DNA of 64,000 nt, taken from NCBI GenBank assembly GCA_913047775.1, contig CAJWUE010000001.1:15390-79389 (forward strand), written 5' to 3'. The position numbers and the translations under genes were made by a program. The notes below the pieces were generated by a model. It saw nothing but the letters and a program-made list of their open reading frames with translations, was not told where the DNA came from and searched no databases. Origin of the DNA: an uncultured Rhodobiaceae bacterium. Its GTDB lineage: Bacteria; Pseudomonadota; Alphaproteobacteria; MED-G09. Positions 38,903-49,462 of this stretch are shown in pieces. Within the stretch, counting starts at the first letter, position 1, and each line of letters starts with the position of its first letter.

Positions 38903-39763
38903 CTATAAAGAGATTCCTGTTAACTGAGAACTTACATTCCAAAGTCGATCTGCATCATCTTCATTTCTGGCTCCCTGAGTTGTTTTTTCAACCTTACAAT
39001 TAAAGAAATATTCACCAGTAGTTTCTGAAACTTCGGACGAAGAACACAAATATATTGAACTTTCCGCTCCCTTATCACCAGATCTAGCGAAAAGCTTTGC
39101 AAGAGGGGTTATAAGAATTTTTAAAAGAATAGGAAAATCATTTTGCTGACCCAAAGAAGTGGAGACAAATCCTGGATGCAAACAATTAACAGTCACGCTA
39201 TCATTTTTCAAAAGGCTAGCTAATTTCTTTGTAAACAAAATGTTGGCCAATTTCGAATAGCCATAAACCTTAAAAGGCTTATATGTCTTTTCGGATTGAA
39301 GATCATCAAAATCCATGTTTTTTACAAACTTATGTGCTCCTGAAGATACGTTCACTATCCGACTAGAAGCGCTTTCTTTTATTTTATCAAGAAGGAGAAC
39401 AGTCAAACTGTAATAAGCTAGATGATTGACAGCAAAAATTTCTTCAAACCCATCAACAGTTTCTCTTCTTGAGCTGTTCATTATTCCGGCATTATTTAGA
39501 AGCACATGTAAAGGTATGCCGAGTTGAATATACTCATGAGCAGCTTTTTTTATATCTTCTTGAGATGACATATCCGCTATTATCGAATTGGGTCTCTTAT
39601 CGGTATTGTCAAAAATTTCTTTACAAAGTTTATCCGCTTTTTCTGAATTTCTAGCTATAAAACTTATATTGGCACCCATGTTGGAAAGACTTAAAGCTGC
39701 TGCCCTACCGATACCACTGGTAGCTCCGGTGATTAATACATTCTTACCTTTTATATCAAACAC
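38903..39763 (-). CDS. SDR-family oxidoreductase (retinol-dehydrogenase-like)
   Basis: 'ITGATSGIGRAAA' and 'YGYSKLANI' (YxxxK). Confidence 0.7.
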   Translation of the reverse strand: MFDIKGKNVLITGATSGIGRAAALSLSNMGANISFIARNSEKADKLCKEIFDNTDKRPNSIIADMSSQEDIKKAAHEYIQLGIPLHVLLNNAGIMNSSRRETVDGFEEIFAVNHLAYYSLTVLLLDKIKESASSRIVNVSSGAHKFVKNMDFDDLQSEKTYKPFKVYGYSKLANILFTKKLASLLKNDSVTVNCLHPGFVSTSLGQQNDFPILLKILITPLAKLFARSGDKGAESSIYLCSSSEVSETTGEYFFNCKVEKTTQGARNEDDADRLWNVSSQLTGISL

Positions 39764-39914
39764 AATGAAGTTCCTTTCGGTCTTAATATTACAAATATTT
39801 ATAGAGTTAGGATACTGAAATAAAAAATATTATCATTACTCACAAACATTACTTTTCTAGACAATTTTGTTAAACTCAACCTAGAATCATTAATTAAAAA
39901 TAGAAAATATACAT

Positions 39915-40709
39915 ATGGACGAAAATCAACTCAATAATATAGAAAGAATAATAAGCGCATTCTTTTCGGATAAAAATTTATCTCCGGACGTCAGAATGAA
40001 TAATTCTTTAAGATATCTAGCAAAATATCGTTCTATTCAGATAGGAAATACTATTATTCAAAAATATGGGACAAAAGTACTTGGTGGGCCTTTCAAAGGT
40101 ATGAATTTTTTAGATTCCGTTTCAGAAGGATGTTACGTTCCTAAATTATTAGGCCTTTATGAGTCTGAGCTTCATTCATATATAGACGAAATTGTTGAAA
40201 AAAAACCTGGTGTTATAATAAATATAGGTTGTGCCGAAGGATATTATGCTGTCGGTTTAAAAATGCTTCTTCCTGATACAGAAGTTTATGCGTTTGATAT
40301 TGACCCCAACGCCAAAAAAAAATGCAAGCAATTAAGCGAAATGAATAATGTCAATATTAATATTGGTGATGAGTTTAAATCTGAGATTCTAAAAGATTTT
40401 AATACAAAAGATGTAGTAATATTTTGTGATATAGAGGGAGATGAAGTTAAATTAATTAACTCTCATAACTTAGATTTATACAAGAATTCAGAAATCTGCA
40501 TGGAATTACACCATAATGGAAAAGATCATAATAAAGACATAATTCCAAATATATTGGATAAAACCCACACAACTAATTTAATTTGGCAAAAAGGTAAAAA
40601 TTTTGAGGTACCAGAACTGATTTCAAATATTAGCCATCTCGATATCTTGTTGTCTGCTTGGGAGTGGCGATCCTATCCAACGCCGTGGTTAATTGCTAAA
40701 CCCTTTTAA
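39915..40709 (+). CDS. Hypothetical protein, possibly a class I SAM-dependent (FkbM-like) methyltransferase
   Basis: Motif-I-like 'VIINIGCAEGYYAVGL', an acidic residue after beta2 ('YAFDIDP'), and motif IV 'IFCDIEG'. Confidence 0.35.
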   Translation: MDENQLNNIERIISAFFSDKNLSPDVRMNNSLRYLAKYRSIQIGNTIIQKYGTKVLGGPFKGMNFLDSVSEGCYVPKLLGLYESELHSYIDEIVEKKPGVIINIGCAEGYYAVGLKMLLPDTEVYAFDIDPNAKKKCKQLSEMNNVNINIGDEFKSEILKDFNTKDVVIFCDIEGDEVKLINSHNLDLYKNSEICMELHHNGKDHNKDIIPNILDKTHTTNLIWQKGKNFEVPELISNISHLDILLSAWEWRSYPTPWLIAKPF

Positions 40710-40766
40710 TTCATTCTTACGACAGAATTTTATATATATATTCATTAATCCCCTAAGATTATTATC

Positions 40767-42023
40767 CTAATTTTCTGGATAAATACCCAAAACCACTTTT
40801 CCTATATATTCTCTGGCTTCTGAAGGGGCATACGGTTGCATGAATGGCCCAGCACGGACATCGCGGTAGAGTCTTGATATCGTATTTTTATCAAGATATC
40901 CACTCCCCCCCACAACATCTAATGCCTTATTGACTATGTCTATAGCATTACGGTTAACAACCCATTTCATACTTTGGTGATCTTTTAAAAGTTCATGCGC
41001 TTGTTCAATTGGAATCTTTTGATTTTTATATTTTTTCAAAAAATCATCAGTAATTTGGCCCATTTGACCGACCATTGCACGTGTTGTCGATATAGATATC
41101 TCCATTTCTCCTATAATATGTTGGATACCAGGTAATTCCATATTGCTTGGCCTTATTGATTTTGGTTTTTCTTTGGCGGCAACCAACGCTAACTCATAAG
41201 CATGTTCAGCAATTCCTAGAAAAGCACCTAATAAAGGCAAATTAGCTAGATTTCTATTCATTAATAGTCCTGAACTCCATTTACCCCATTGCCCTATAGG
41301 TCGTACAATATCCTCGGGGATGAAGACATTTTCAAAGAAAATTGACTGACTGCCAGAACCGCGCATTCCCATAGCTTGCCAATCGTCTTGGGTTATAACT
41401 CCTTTGGTTTCTAATGGTAAGATAACAGCGCCAATAACATCCTCTTCGTTATTAGGTGTAGTTTCTTTCTTATTTCTAATAAGTAAATTCATTGCCACAT
41501 GCGATGCAATAGGTGATCCAGTAACAAATATTTTCTTACCATTGATAATCCACCCATCTTGAACGCGTGTGGCTTCGGTAAACGGATGTAGATTATCAGT
41601 TCCTATTTCTGTGGCAGTAGCACATAAAAACATATTACCGGATATAATTTGTTCGAATTGTAGCTCCAATTTTTTAGTTAGCTTCTTGTTGGTAGATTTT
41701 TTTGATGCATTCCAAGTTTCCATCATTCCTCTAGAAACAGCGAGATGCATATTTACCATGAGGGCCACGGAACCGTCTCCTTGACCTAGACGCGAAATCC
41801 CAACCATCCAATCATGAATAGAGGTTAGACCAAATCCACCAAAAATTTTTGGGATAAAGGCACCAATAATTCCGGAAGACAACATATCTGCTAAATTATG
41901 TACATTAACAATGCTTTTCTTATCGGCATTATCTGCGCGGTCGCGTAATATTTTTATAACGCTTTCTGTGGCTTCTATAAAACTTTCACCCTCTTTTGTT
42001 CTAGGTCTTAGCTCATAACTCAT
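40767..42023 (-). CDS. Acyl-CoA dehydrogenase family protein
   Basis: ACAD C-terminal helical domain and catalytic region. Last gene of the liu-type operon. Confidence 0.7.
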   Translation of the reverse strand: MSYELRPRTKEGESFIEATESVIKILRDRADNADKKSIVNVHNLADMLSSGIIGAFIPKIFGGFGLTSIHDWMVGISRLGQGDGSVALMVNMHLAVSRGMMETWNASKKSTNKKLTKKLELQFEQIISGNMFLCATATEIGTDNLHPFTEATRVQDGWIINGKKIFVTGSPIASHVAMNLLIRNKKETTPNNEEDVIGAVILPLETKGVITQDDWQAMGMRGSGSQSIFFENVFIPEDIVRPIGQWGKWSSGLLMNRNLANLPLLGAFLGIAEHAYELALVAAKEKPKSIRPSNMELPGIQHIIGEMEISISTTRAMVGQMGQITDDFLKKYKNQKIPIEQAHELLKDHQSMKWVVNRNAIDIVNKALDVVGGSGYLDKNTISRLYRDVRAGPFMQPYAPSEAREYIGKVVLGIYPEN

Positions 42024-42041
42024 TATTTACCTGTAAAACTT

Positions 42042-45000
42042 TTAATCATTAGCGCTATTAATCTCTTTCCTTAGTTCATCTCTTTTCTTCTTGTAAACTA
42101 TATATGAAGCAGCCTTAATAAGCCCAAATCCTCTTACAATTTCCGGAAGATCTGCGAGTTGTTGAAACAAGCATTTCTCTGAAACCTTATATTTTTCTTT
42201 TATTAATTCAATATCAGATAGATACATTCTTATTAGTTCTCTTTCTTCCCTCCTCTCCTTTCTATACCCTAACACATCAAAAGGTGTGTCCCTTAATTTT
42301 CTAAGATTTGACAAAAATATGAATAATGGTCTCACAATATATGAAGGTATGGCATATTTTTTCGGTCTGCCCGTAGAAGAGTCCTTCCCTGCTAAAGGGG
42401 GAGAAAGATGATAATAAATATTTTTTATTGATGGATAGAGTGCCTTCATCTTGTCTTTTGGATGATTTATTAGGTGAAGACGAGCAACCTCATATTCATC
42501 CTTATAAGCCATAACCTTGTATAAATTTTTTACTACAGCTTCAATTAGTGAAACACCTTCTAAAGATAAAGAATCAACCGTATTTATAAGATCTTCTATA
42601 GTGTTCCTGTATTCCACAGAGAGAGCTTTACCTTGAAATAAAATTAAATCCAAACATCGATCATTAATAAATTCTTCTAAATTTTTCTTTTTTGGTTCTT
42701 TTGTTTGTAAGATTTCTTTAATTAATTCAGGTTTTTCTACCAAATGACGGCCCCATTCAAATATAGCGATATTTTTTTCAACAGACGTGCCATTAAGGGA
42801 GATTGCTTCACAAATTGATTGTTTTTCTAAGGGAATAAGGCCCTTCTGCCAAGCGGTACCAAGGAGGAGCAGATTTGAACCTATACTATCACCGGTTAAT
42901 CTTTCAGATAACTCTGCCGCAGGTAATTCTGCAGAAATTTCTTTAGTGTTTTCCAAAACTCGATCCATTACCATTTTTTCATTGAAATCAAAATCTCTTT
43001 CAAGGATAAACTCAGCTACAGGAGATTGTTGGCGATTAATTACAGTAGAAGTCGTATTTCTAGATATTACAGATAAGGAATCTTCTCCAATGCTAACTAG
43101 AGGATCACATGCAATAAGGAGATCAGCCGATCCAGGGGGAATTCTATTTGATCTTAAATATTCATCCTTGCGATCAATCCTTATATGACTCCAAACCGCT
43201 CCATTTTTTTGGGCAAGGCCTGTCATATCCAGGGCTGTAGCTTTTTTGCCTTCAATATTAGCTGCCATACCGATAAGGGCCCCAATTGTTATCACCCCAG
43301 TTCCCCCTACGCCCGTTACCATTATATTCCAAGGCTCTTGCAATTCCCTTATTTTTGGATTCTTGATGTTTATTTTGGGTGGATTTGTGAAATTACCTTT
43401 TTCCGGCTCCTTTGTTACATCAAAGGTTATAAAGGAAGGACAAAACCCTTCAACACATGAAAAATCTTTATTGCAATTCGATTGATTAATTTTTCTTTTT
43501 CTTCCCAATTCTGTTTCTAGAGGTTCAACAGATATACAATTAGATTGCGTTGAACAATCACCACATCCCTCACAAACATCGGGATCGATATAGACCCGTT
43601 TAAGAGGATCTGGCATTAAACCTCTTTTTCTCCTTCGCCTTTTTTCTGCGGCACAGGTTTGATCATAAATAATGACCGTACAACCGACGATATCGCGATA
43701 CCTTTTTTGTATCTTGTCCAGTTGATCTCTTTCAAAAACTTTTACGCCTTCAGGTAATGTAAGACCTGTATAAATTTTAGGATCTTCAGCAATGATAGTT
43801 ATCTGCTCTACTCCTTCAGCTTGAACCTGAAAAGCTATATCAATCACCGAAGGACTCCCGTCGACTTTTTGACCGCCTGTCATAGCTACAGCATCGTTAT
43901 AGAGAATTTTATAGGTGGCATTCATCCCCGAAGCTACTGCTGCTTTGATAGCAAGTAATCCAGAATGCTGATAAGTTCCATCGCCAATATTCACAAACAT
44001 ATGTTTATCTCGAGCAAACCTATGTCTTCCTATCCAGCTGGCTCCTTCGCCACCCATATGCGTATAGGTCTGTGTTTTTCTGTCCATATTTAAAGCTAGA
44101 TAATGACAACCTATTCCTGCTGCCGCGAAACTTCCTTCTGGCAATTTTGTTGAAGTATTATGAGGACATCCTGAACAGAAATAAGCCGACCTCTCAGCCA
44201 GAGGCTCCCTATGCTTGCGCTCTTTTGCACGATCTTTAAACCAGAGTAATTTTTTTTGAATGTCTTTTATTTGCGTTTTTTTAGCTAAGCGCTGGGCGAC
44301 AACCTCAATAATAGTTTGTAAAGGCAACTCATTTTCAGCGGGCAAAAGCCATCGATTTTCTTCGTCATTTTTTCCAATAACAACAGGTCTTTCATTCTCT
44401 TTCCAATTAAAAAGTTGCCATTTTAACTGGTGCTCGATTAATTCTCTTTTTTCCTCAACCACCAAAATTTCTTCTAACCCTTGGCTAAACTTCCGTACAC
44501 CTGTAGGCTCTAAAGGCCAAGGCATTCCTACCTTATAAAGGCATAAGCCGATTTCCTTAGCAACTTCTTCATCAACTCCCAAAAAGTGTAAGGCCTCCCT
44601 AACATCTTCGTAAGATTTCCCAGAAGCCATAATTCCGATTTTGGCATTATCTGATCTCCAAACTATTTGATCGATATTATTTGCTCTTGCAAAAGCTTGA
44701 GCTGCAAAACCTTTATAACGTTGAAGACGAATATCCTGCTCTCGAACATTATCGGGAAAACGAATATGAAGACCACCTTCAGGCATATCAAAATCATCGG
44801 GAATTATTATCTTTCTTTTTTCTTTCGAAAGATCTGCTGTAACTGATGCGTCGGCAACATCCGCTAGGATTTTCATCCCTGTCCATGCTCCGGTATAACG
44901 ACTCATGGCAATACCCAAAAGCCCAAACTCTACCAACTCGGAAACACCAGCAGGATACAAATAAGGAATAAATGCAGATACCCAATTATGGTCTGACTGG

Positions 45001-45458
45001 TGAGAGGTCGTGGATGAGCGAGCGCCATGATCGTCTCCTCCCAATGCCAGAACACCTCCATGTGGTGATGTACCGGCCAAATTGGCATGCCTTAGAGCGT
45101 CCAAAGATCGGTCGACACCAGGGCCTTTCCCATACCAAATTCCAAACACCCCATCAAAGTCACTACCAGACCCAAAATGGATTTGTTGTGAGCCCCAAAC
45201 TGCTGTTGCAGCTAAGTCTTCGTTAATGCCAGGTTCAAAATGTATATTTTCTTCTTTCAAGTAACGTGAAGCTCTTTGCAATTGAGCATCATAACCGCCG
45301 AGAGGAGATCCTCTGTAACCCGATATAAAGCCTGAAGTATTTAGACCTTTTGATTTATCTATCTTGCTTTGAACGATTGGAAGTCTTACCAAAGCTTGGA
45401 GACCAGACATATAAACTTGACCATTATCAAGTTCATATTTGTCATTGAGTGATACCAT
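42042..45458 (-). CDS. Indolepyruvate/2-oxoacid:ferredoxin oxidoreductase family protein (fused IorA+IorB, 1138 aa)
   Basis: TPP motif 'IGDGTYQHSGLLAI...YND', 4Fe-4S 'CEGCGDCSTQSNC', and a C-terminal IorB-like 'VTGVGGTGVIT'. Confidence 0.8.
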   Translation of the reverse strand: MVSLNDKYELDNGQVYMSGLQALVRLPIVQSKIDKSKGLNTSGFISGYRGSPLGGYDAQLQRASRYLKEENIHFEPGINEDLAATAVWGSQQIHFGSGSDFDGVFGIWYGKGPGVDRSLDALRHANLAGTSPHGGVLALGGDDHGARSSTTSHQSDHNWVSAFIPYLYPAGVSELVEFGLLGIAMSRYTGAWTGMKILADVADASVTADLSKEKRKIIIPDDFDMPEGGLHIRFPDNVREQDIRLQRYKGFAAQAFARANNIDQIVWRSDNAKIGIMASGKSYEDVREALHFLGVDEEVAKEIGLCLYKVGMPWPLEPTGVRKFSQGLEEILVVEEKRELIEHQLKWQLFNWKENERPVVIGKNDEENRWLLPAENELPLQTIIEVVAQRLAKKTQIKDIQKKLLWFKDRAKERKHREPLAERSAYFCSGCPHNTSTKLPEGSFAAAGIGCHYLALNMDRKTQTYTHMGGEGASWIGRHRFARDKHMFVNIGDGTYQHSGLLAIKAAVASGMNATYKILYNDAVAMTGGQKVDGSPSVIDIAFQVQAEGVEQITIIAEDPKIYTGLTLPEGVKVFERDQLDKIQKRYRDIVGCTVIIYDQTCAAEKRRRRKRGLMPDPLKRVYIDPDVCEGCGDCSTQSNCISVEPLETELGRKRKINQSNCNKDFSCVEGFCPSFITFDVTKEPEKGNFTNPPKINIKNPKIRELQEPWNIMVTGVGGTGVITIGALIGMAANIEGKKATALDMTGLAQKNGAVWSHIRIDRKDEYLRSNRIPPGSADLLIACDPLVSIGEDSLSVISRNTTSTVINRQQSPVAEFILERDFDFNEKMVMDRVLENTKEISAELPAAELSERLTGDSIGSNLLLLGTAWQKGLIPLEKQSICEAISLNGTSVEKNIAIFEWGRHLVEKPELIKEILQTKEPKKKNLEEFINDRCLDLILFQGKALSVEYRNTIEDLINTVDSLSLEGVSLIEAVVKNLYKVMAYKDEYEVARLHLINHPKDKMKALYPSIKNIYYHLSPPLAGKDSSTGRPKKYAIPSYIVRPLFIFLSNLRKLRDTPFDVLGYRKERREERELIRMYLSDIELIKEKYKVSEKCLFQQLADLPEIVRGFGLIKAASYIVYKKKRDELRKEINSAND

Positions 45459-45467
45459 AATTACTTT

Positions 45468-46640
45468 CTAACTTGTTTTGTTAAATAACTCCCTTCCTAT
45501 TAACATTCTCCTGATTTCAGAAGTTCCAGCCCCGATCTCATACAATTTAGCGTCTCTTAGCAATCTACCGGTGGGTGTTTCGTTAATATACCCCATTCCG
45601 CCCATTATTTGTATAGCATCTAGCGCGATTAATGTTGCTTTTTCAGAGGCAAAAAGGATACAACCTGCAGCATCTTCTCTCGTTATTTCTCCTCTGTCAC
45701 AAGCCTCTCCTACTGCGTAAACATAGGATTTGCAAGCCATAGTAGTAGAATACATATCGGCTATTTTTCCTTGGATTAATTGAAAAGATCCAATCGGTTT
45801 TCCAAACTGTTCTCTATCATGAATATAAGGCATAACATAATCTAATGCAGCTTGCATAATACCTAAAGGTCCTCCAGACAGAACTGCTCTTTCATAATCA
45901 AGTCCGTTCATTAAGACTGCTGTGCCCTGATTGATTGTTCCTAAAGTATTTTCTTCAGGTACCTCACAATTTTCAAAAAGAAGTTCACTTGTATTGGATC
46001 CTCGCATGCCTAATTTATCGAGTTTTTTAGATGTAGAGAAACCTGGAAAATTCTTTTCAATTATAAATGCAGTTATATCTCCTGGTGATGATTCCAAATT
46101 AGTTTTCGCATAGACTACCAAAACATCTGCGTCAGGTCCGTTAGTAATCCACATCTTATGTCCGTTTAGAATAAATTTATCTGCTTTTTTTTCAGCTTTC
46201 AGTTTCATGGAAATTACGTCTGAACCAGCACCTGTTTCAGACATAGCTAGAGCACCAACATGTTCTCCAGATATCAATTTGGGTAAATAAGTTGATTTTT
46301 GTTCAGCTGTTCCATTTAAAGAAATTTGGTTAATACATAAATTTGAATGAGCTCCATAAGATAGACCTATAGAGGCTGAAGCTTTAGATATTTCTTCCAT
46401 TGCAACTATATGCGCAAGATATCCTAGACCTGACCCCCCTTGATCTTCCGGCACTGTAATTCCATGTAACCCCAAATCACCTAATTTAGGCCATAAGTCT
46501 CTTGGAAATTCATTAGAAAAATCTATTTCCTCAGCAATTGGCATAATATATTCATTTGAGAATCTTGATACCTGTCTTCGTAACTCATCGATTACCTCAC
46601 CTAAACCAAAATTCATTGACACTGAAAAATTAGGTATCAT
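45468..46640 (-). CDS. ivd: Isovaleryl-CoA dehydrogenase
   Basis: ACAD motifs and context with mccA/mccB/hydratase. 390 aa. Confidence 0.75.
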   Translation of the reverse strand: MIPNFSVSMNFGLGEVIDELRRQVSRFSNEYIMPIAEEIDFSNEFPRDLWPKLGDLGLHGITVPEDQGGSGLGYLAHIVAMEEISKASASIGLSYGAHSNLCINQISLNGTAEQKSTYLPKLISGEHVGALAMSETGAGSDVISMKLKAEKKADKFILNGHKMWITNGPDADVLVVYAKTNLESSPGDITAFIIEKNFPGFSTSKKLDKLGMRGSNTSELLFENCEVPEENTLGTINQGTAVLMNGLDYERAVLSGGPLGIMQAALDYVMPYIHDREQFGKPIGSFQLIQGKIADMYSTTMACKSYVYAVGEACDRGEITREDAAGCILFASEKATLIALDAIQIMGGMGYINETPTGRLLRDAKLYEIGAGTSEIRRMLIGRELFNKTS

Positions 46641-48625
46641 TCATCACTCTCCTTTATTGAAACTAGCTCAGTATCGGTTGAGACTTGCTCTCCAACTTGG
46701 ATATTAATTTTCTCAATAATACCATTAAACGGTGCCAATATTTCGTGTTCCATTTTCATGGATTCAACTATTAATATAGGTGTATCTGTTTTTATCTTAT
46801 CCCCTACAGCCACCAAAATCTTGAAAACATTCCCATGCATTGGAGGTTTAATTGAGTTTTTTCTCTCTATAATTTTTTGGTCGTCTTTGATATTAATTAA
46901 ATTTTCAAACACACAAGATACTCCCTCATATTGCAAAAAACATTTTTGTTGCGAGGCATAATATAAATCGCATGAAAGCTGTATATTGTTTAGAAAGACC
47001 TTATGACTGTTCTTCTTAGAGCTTACAAAAGAAATAGTAGAACTTTCATTATTTGATATTACGGAAAAACTACCATCCTCTTTTGGGTAAACAAGGTAAT
47101 TAATTTCTTTATCGTTGATAAGATATCTGTACTGTGAAGAAAGTTTTCCTGAACTTCTCCAGTTAAGAAGAGAATTATTTGAAAGCAAACTTTTTTCAAA
47201 TAATCTATTCATATCTTTTAAAAAGTTGAAAGATGCCACTAGAGGCGCCATTCTTTTTTTGACATCTTTCGAGGGATCAGAATATTGAAAATCTTCTGAC
47301 AAAAATTTTGTTGTCGCCTTAGCTGAGATAAATTTCTCAGATTCTAAAACACTTGATAAGAATTGTTTGTTATTATCAGTACCAAAAAATATTGTCTTAT
47401 TAATAGCATTAATTAAACGTTTTCTCGAAGTTTCTCTGTCCGATCCCCAAGCAATTACTTTGGCTAACATTGGATCATAAAGTCTCGAAATCTCTTGGTT
47501 GTTTGATAAAGAATGATCTACTCGAATCCCCTCTGAAGCATGAGGTTCCCACAAATAAACTTTTCCAGGAGAAGGAAAGAATCCGTTATTTGGATTCTCC
47601 GCGTAAAGTCTAGCCTCAATAGCATGACCATTAAAATTAATTTCGTCTTGAGTTATGCTCAATGGTTTGCCTTGCGCAACATCAATTTGCATTCCTACCA
47701 AATCCAAACCCGTTACCATTTCGGTGACCGCATGCTCTACCTGAATCCGAGTATTCATCTCTAAAAAATAAAATTTATCTCCATCAACTAAATACTCAAT
47801 GGTTCCCGCTCCAACATATTTGATATTTTTTATAATCTCAGATGAAGTTATTCCCATAACTTCTCGTAATCCCCAAGATATGGATGGTCCCGGTGACTCT
47901 TCTATAACTTTCTGATGACGTCGTTGAATGGAACAATCCCTTTCCCCAATATGAATATAATTACCATGTTTATCTCCGAAGACTTGAACTTCTATATGTA
48001 GAGGATTATCTATAGCTTTCTCAATAATCAGTTCCTCGGAACCAAAAGATCTTAAAGCCTCAGAACGAGCAGTGGATAAGGCGTTTGTCATATCTTCAAC
48101 ATTATCTATTGAGAACATTCCTCTTCCTCCTCCGCCTGCAGTAGGCTTTACCATAACTGGAAAACCAATTTCAATGGCGGCGTTAATGAGGGCTTTATCT
48201 GTTTGTTTTTTGCTTTGATAACCAGGAATACAAGGAACTCCAATTTCTATCATTTTTCTTTTTGCTTCAGCTTTATTCCCCATCAACTTAATAATATCCG
48301 CCGATGGGCCTATAAAAGTAATTCCAGAAGATTCACATTCTCTAGCAAAATTATCATTTTCTGATAAAAATCCGTAACCTGGGTGAATAGCATCAGCGCC
48401 CACGGACTTTGCGACATCTAAAATCTTTTCAATATTTAGATAGGATTTAGAAACCTGAGAAGGGCCAATACATATAGATTCATCTGCGAGTTTGACGTGA
48501 TTTGATGTTTCATCACCCTCAGCAAAAACCGCCACTGATTTAAGTCCTTGTTTTTTTATAGAATTAATGATGCGTACAGCTATTTCTGAACGATTGGCAA
48601 TTAAAATTTTACTAAATTTAGACAT
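46637..48625 (-). CDS. mccA: 3-methylcrotonyl-CoA carboxylase alpha subunit (biotin carboxylase plus BCCP)
   Basis: ATP-grasp biotin carboxylase N-terminus '[13 protein letters not shown]' and C-terminal biotinyl 'ESMKMEH'. Confidence 0.8.
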   Translation of the reverse strand: MSKFSKILIANRSEIAVRIINSIKKQGLKSVAVFAEGDETSNHVKLADESICIGPSQVSKSYLNIEKILDVAKSVGADAIHPGYGFLSENDNFARECESSGITFIGPSADIIKLMGNKAEAKRKMIEIGVPCIPGYQSKKQTDKALINAAIEIGFPVMVKPTAGGGGRGMFSIDNVEDMTNALSTARSEALRSFGSEELIIEKAIDNPLHIEVQVFGDKHGNYIHIGERDCSIQRRHQKVIEESPGPSISWGLREVMGITSSEIIKNIKYVGAGTIEYLVDGDKFYFLEMNTRIQVEHAVTEMVTGLDLVGMQIDVAQGKPLSITQDEINFNGHAIEARLYAENPNNGFFPSPGKVYLWEPHASEGIRVDHSLSNNQEISRLYDPMLAKVIAWGSDRETSRKRLINAINKTIFFGTDNNKQFLSSVLESEKFISAKATTKFLSEDFQYSDPSKDVKKRMAPLVASFNFLKDMNRLFEKSLLSNNSLLNWRSSGKLSSQYRYLINDKEINYLVYPKEDGSFSVISNNESSTISFVSSKKNSHKVFLNNIQLSCDLYYASQQKCFLQYEGVSCVFENLINIKDDQKIIERKNSIKPPMHGNVFKILVAVGDKIKTDTPILIVESMKMEHEILAPFNGIIEKINIQVGEQVSTDTELVSIKESDE

Positions 48626-48636
48626 TTAGTTTAGAA

Positions 48637-49449
48637 TTATCCTTGATCTGCCCAGTATGGTTTTCTTTTCTCAATAAATGAAGCGATACCCTCTTGTCCT
48701 TCCTCTCCTAACATGCAATCAGCAAATTTATCTCCAGCAAAGCTCATTAATTCTTCACGTTTCAGAAGTTGAGTAGCAAATAATATTTCCTTTGTTGCAG
48801 CATTTGCACCCGGAGCGCAACGTCTTATTTTTTTTCGTATTTCTAAAGCTTTTTCTTCAAGATCTTCTGATTTATCTACCAATATATGCACCAATCCCAT
48901 TCGATATGCCTCTTCACCAAGAAAACGTGAACCACTCAACATTAGCTGTCGCGCCTTGGATAAACCAATTCTTTGAACAACATAAGAAGCAATTTGTGCC
49001 GGTGGAATGCCAATACTTGTTTCAGTTAGGGAAAATTGAGCATCCGAAGTCGAAACAGTAATATCCCCTATACATGCAAAACCCATACCTCCAGCAATAG
49101 CGGCTCCTTCGATTAAAACTATTGTTGTTTGAGAGATATTATTGAAATTATAGAGTATATGAGCCATCTTTTGATTTTGGTCAGATACTTCTCTTGTATT
49201 CATTTTACCAGATTGGTAATTTGATCGGAAGCCTTTTATATCTGCACCTGCACAGAAAATATCCCCCTTACCCCTTAGAATAATGGTCCGAATAGATGGA
49301 TCATTATTGATAGCGTTAACTGTAGCTGCTAAATCTTCTATTACATCCATTGAAAGAGCGTTTCTGTTTTCAGGCGAATTAAACCAGATACGCAAACACT
49401 CTCCATCTTCTTCTAATATAATACTTTTCGTTTTAGGTAACTTACTCAT
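48637..49449 (-). CDS. liuC: Methylglutaconyl-CoA hydratase (enoyl-CoA hydratase family). The ORF track runs to 49530, but the start is probably Met28 near 49449.
   Basis: Crotonase fold 'FCAGADI'. The longer ORF would overlap mccB by 68 nt. Confidence 0.7.
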   Translation of the reverse strand: MSKLPKTKSIILEEDGECLRIWFNSPENRNALSMDVIEDLAATVNAINNDPSIRTIILRGKGDIFCAGADIKGFRSNYQSGKMNTREVSDQNQKMAHILYNFNNISQTTIVLIEGAAIAGGMGFACIGDITVSTSDAQFSLTETSIGIPPAQIASYVVQRIGLSKARQLMLSGSRFLGEEAYRMGLVHILVDKSEDLEEKALEIRKKIRRCAPGANAATKEILFATQLLKREELMSFAGDKFADCMLGEEGQEGIASFIEKRKPYWADQG

Positions 49450-49462
49450 CTTTTTATCCTTT

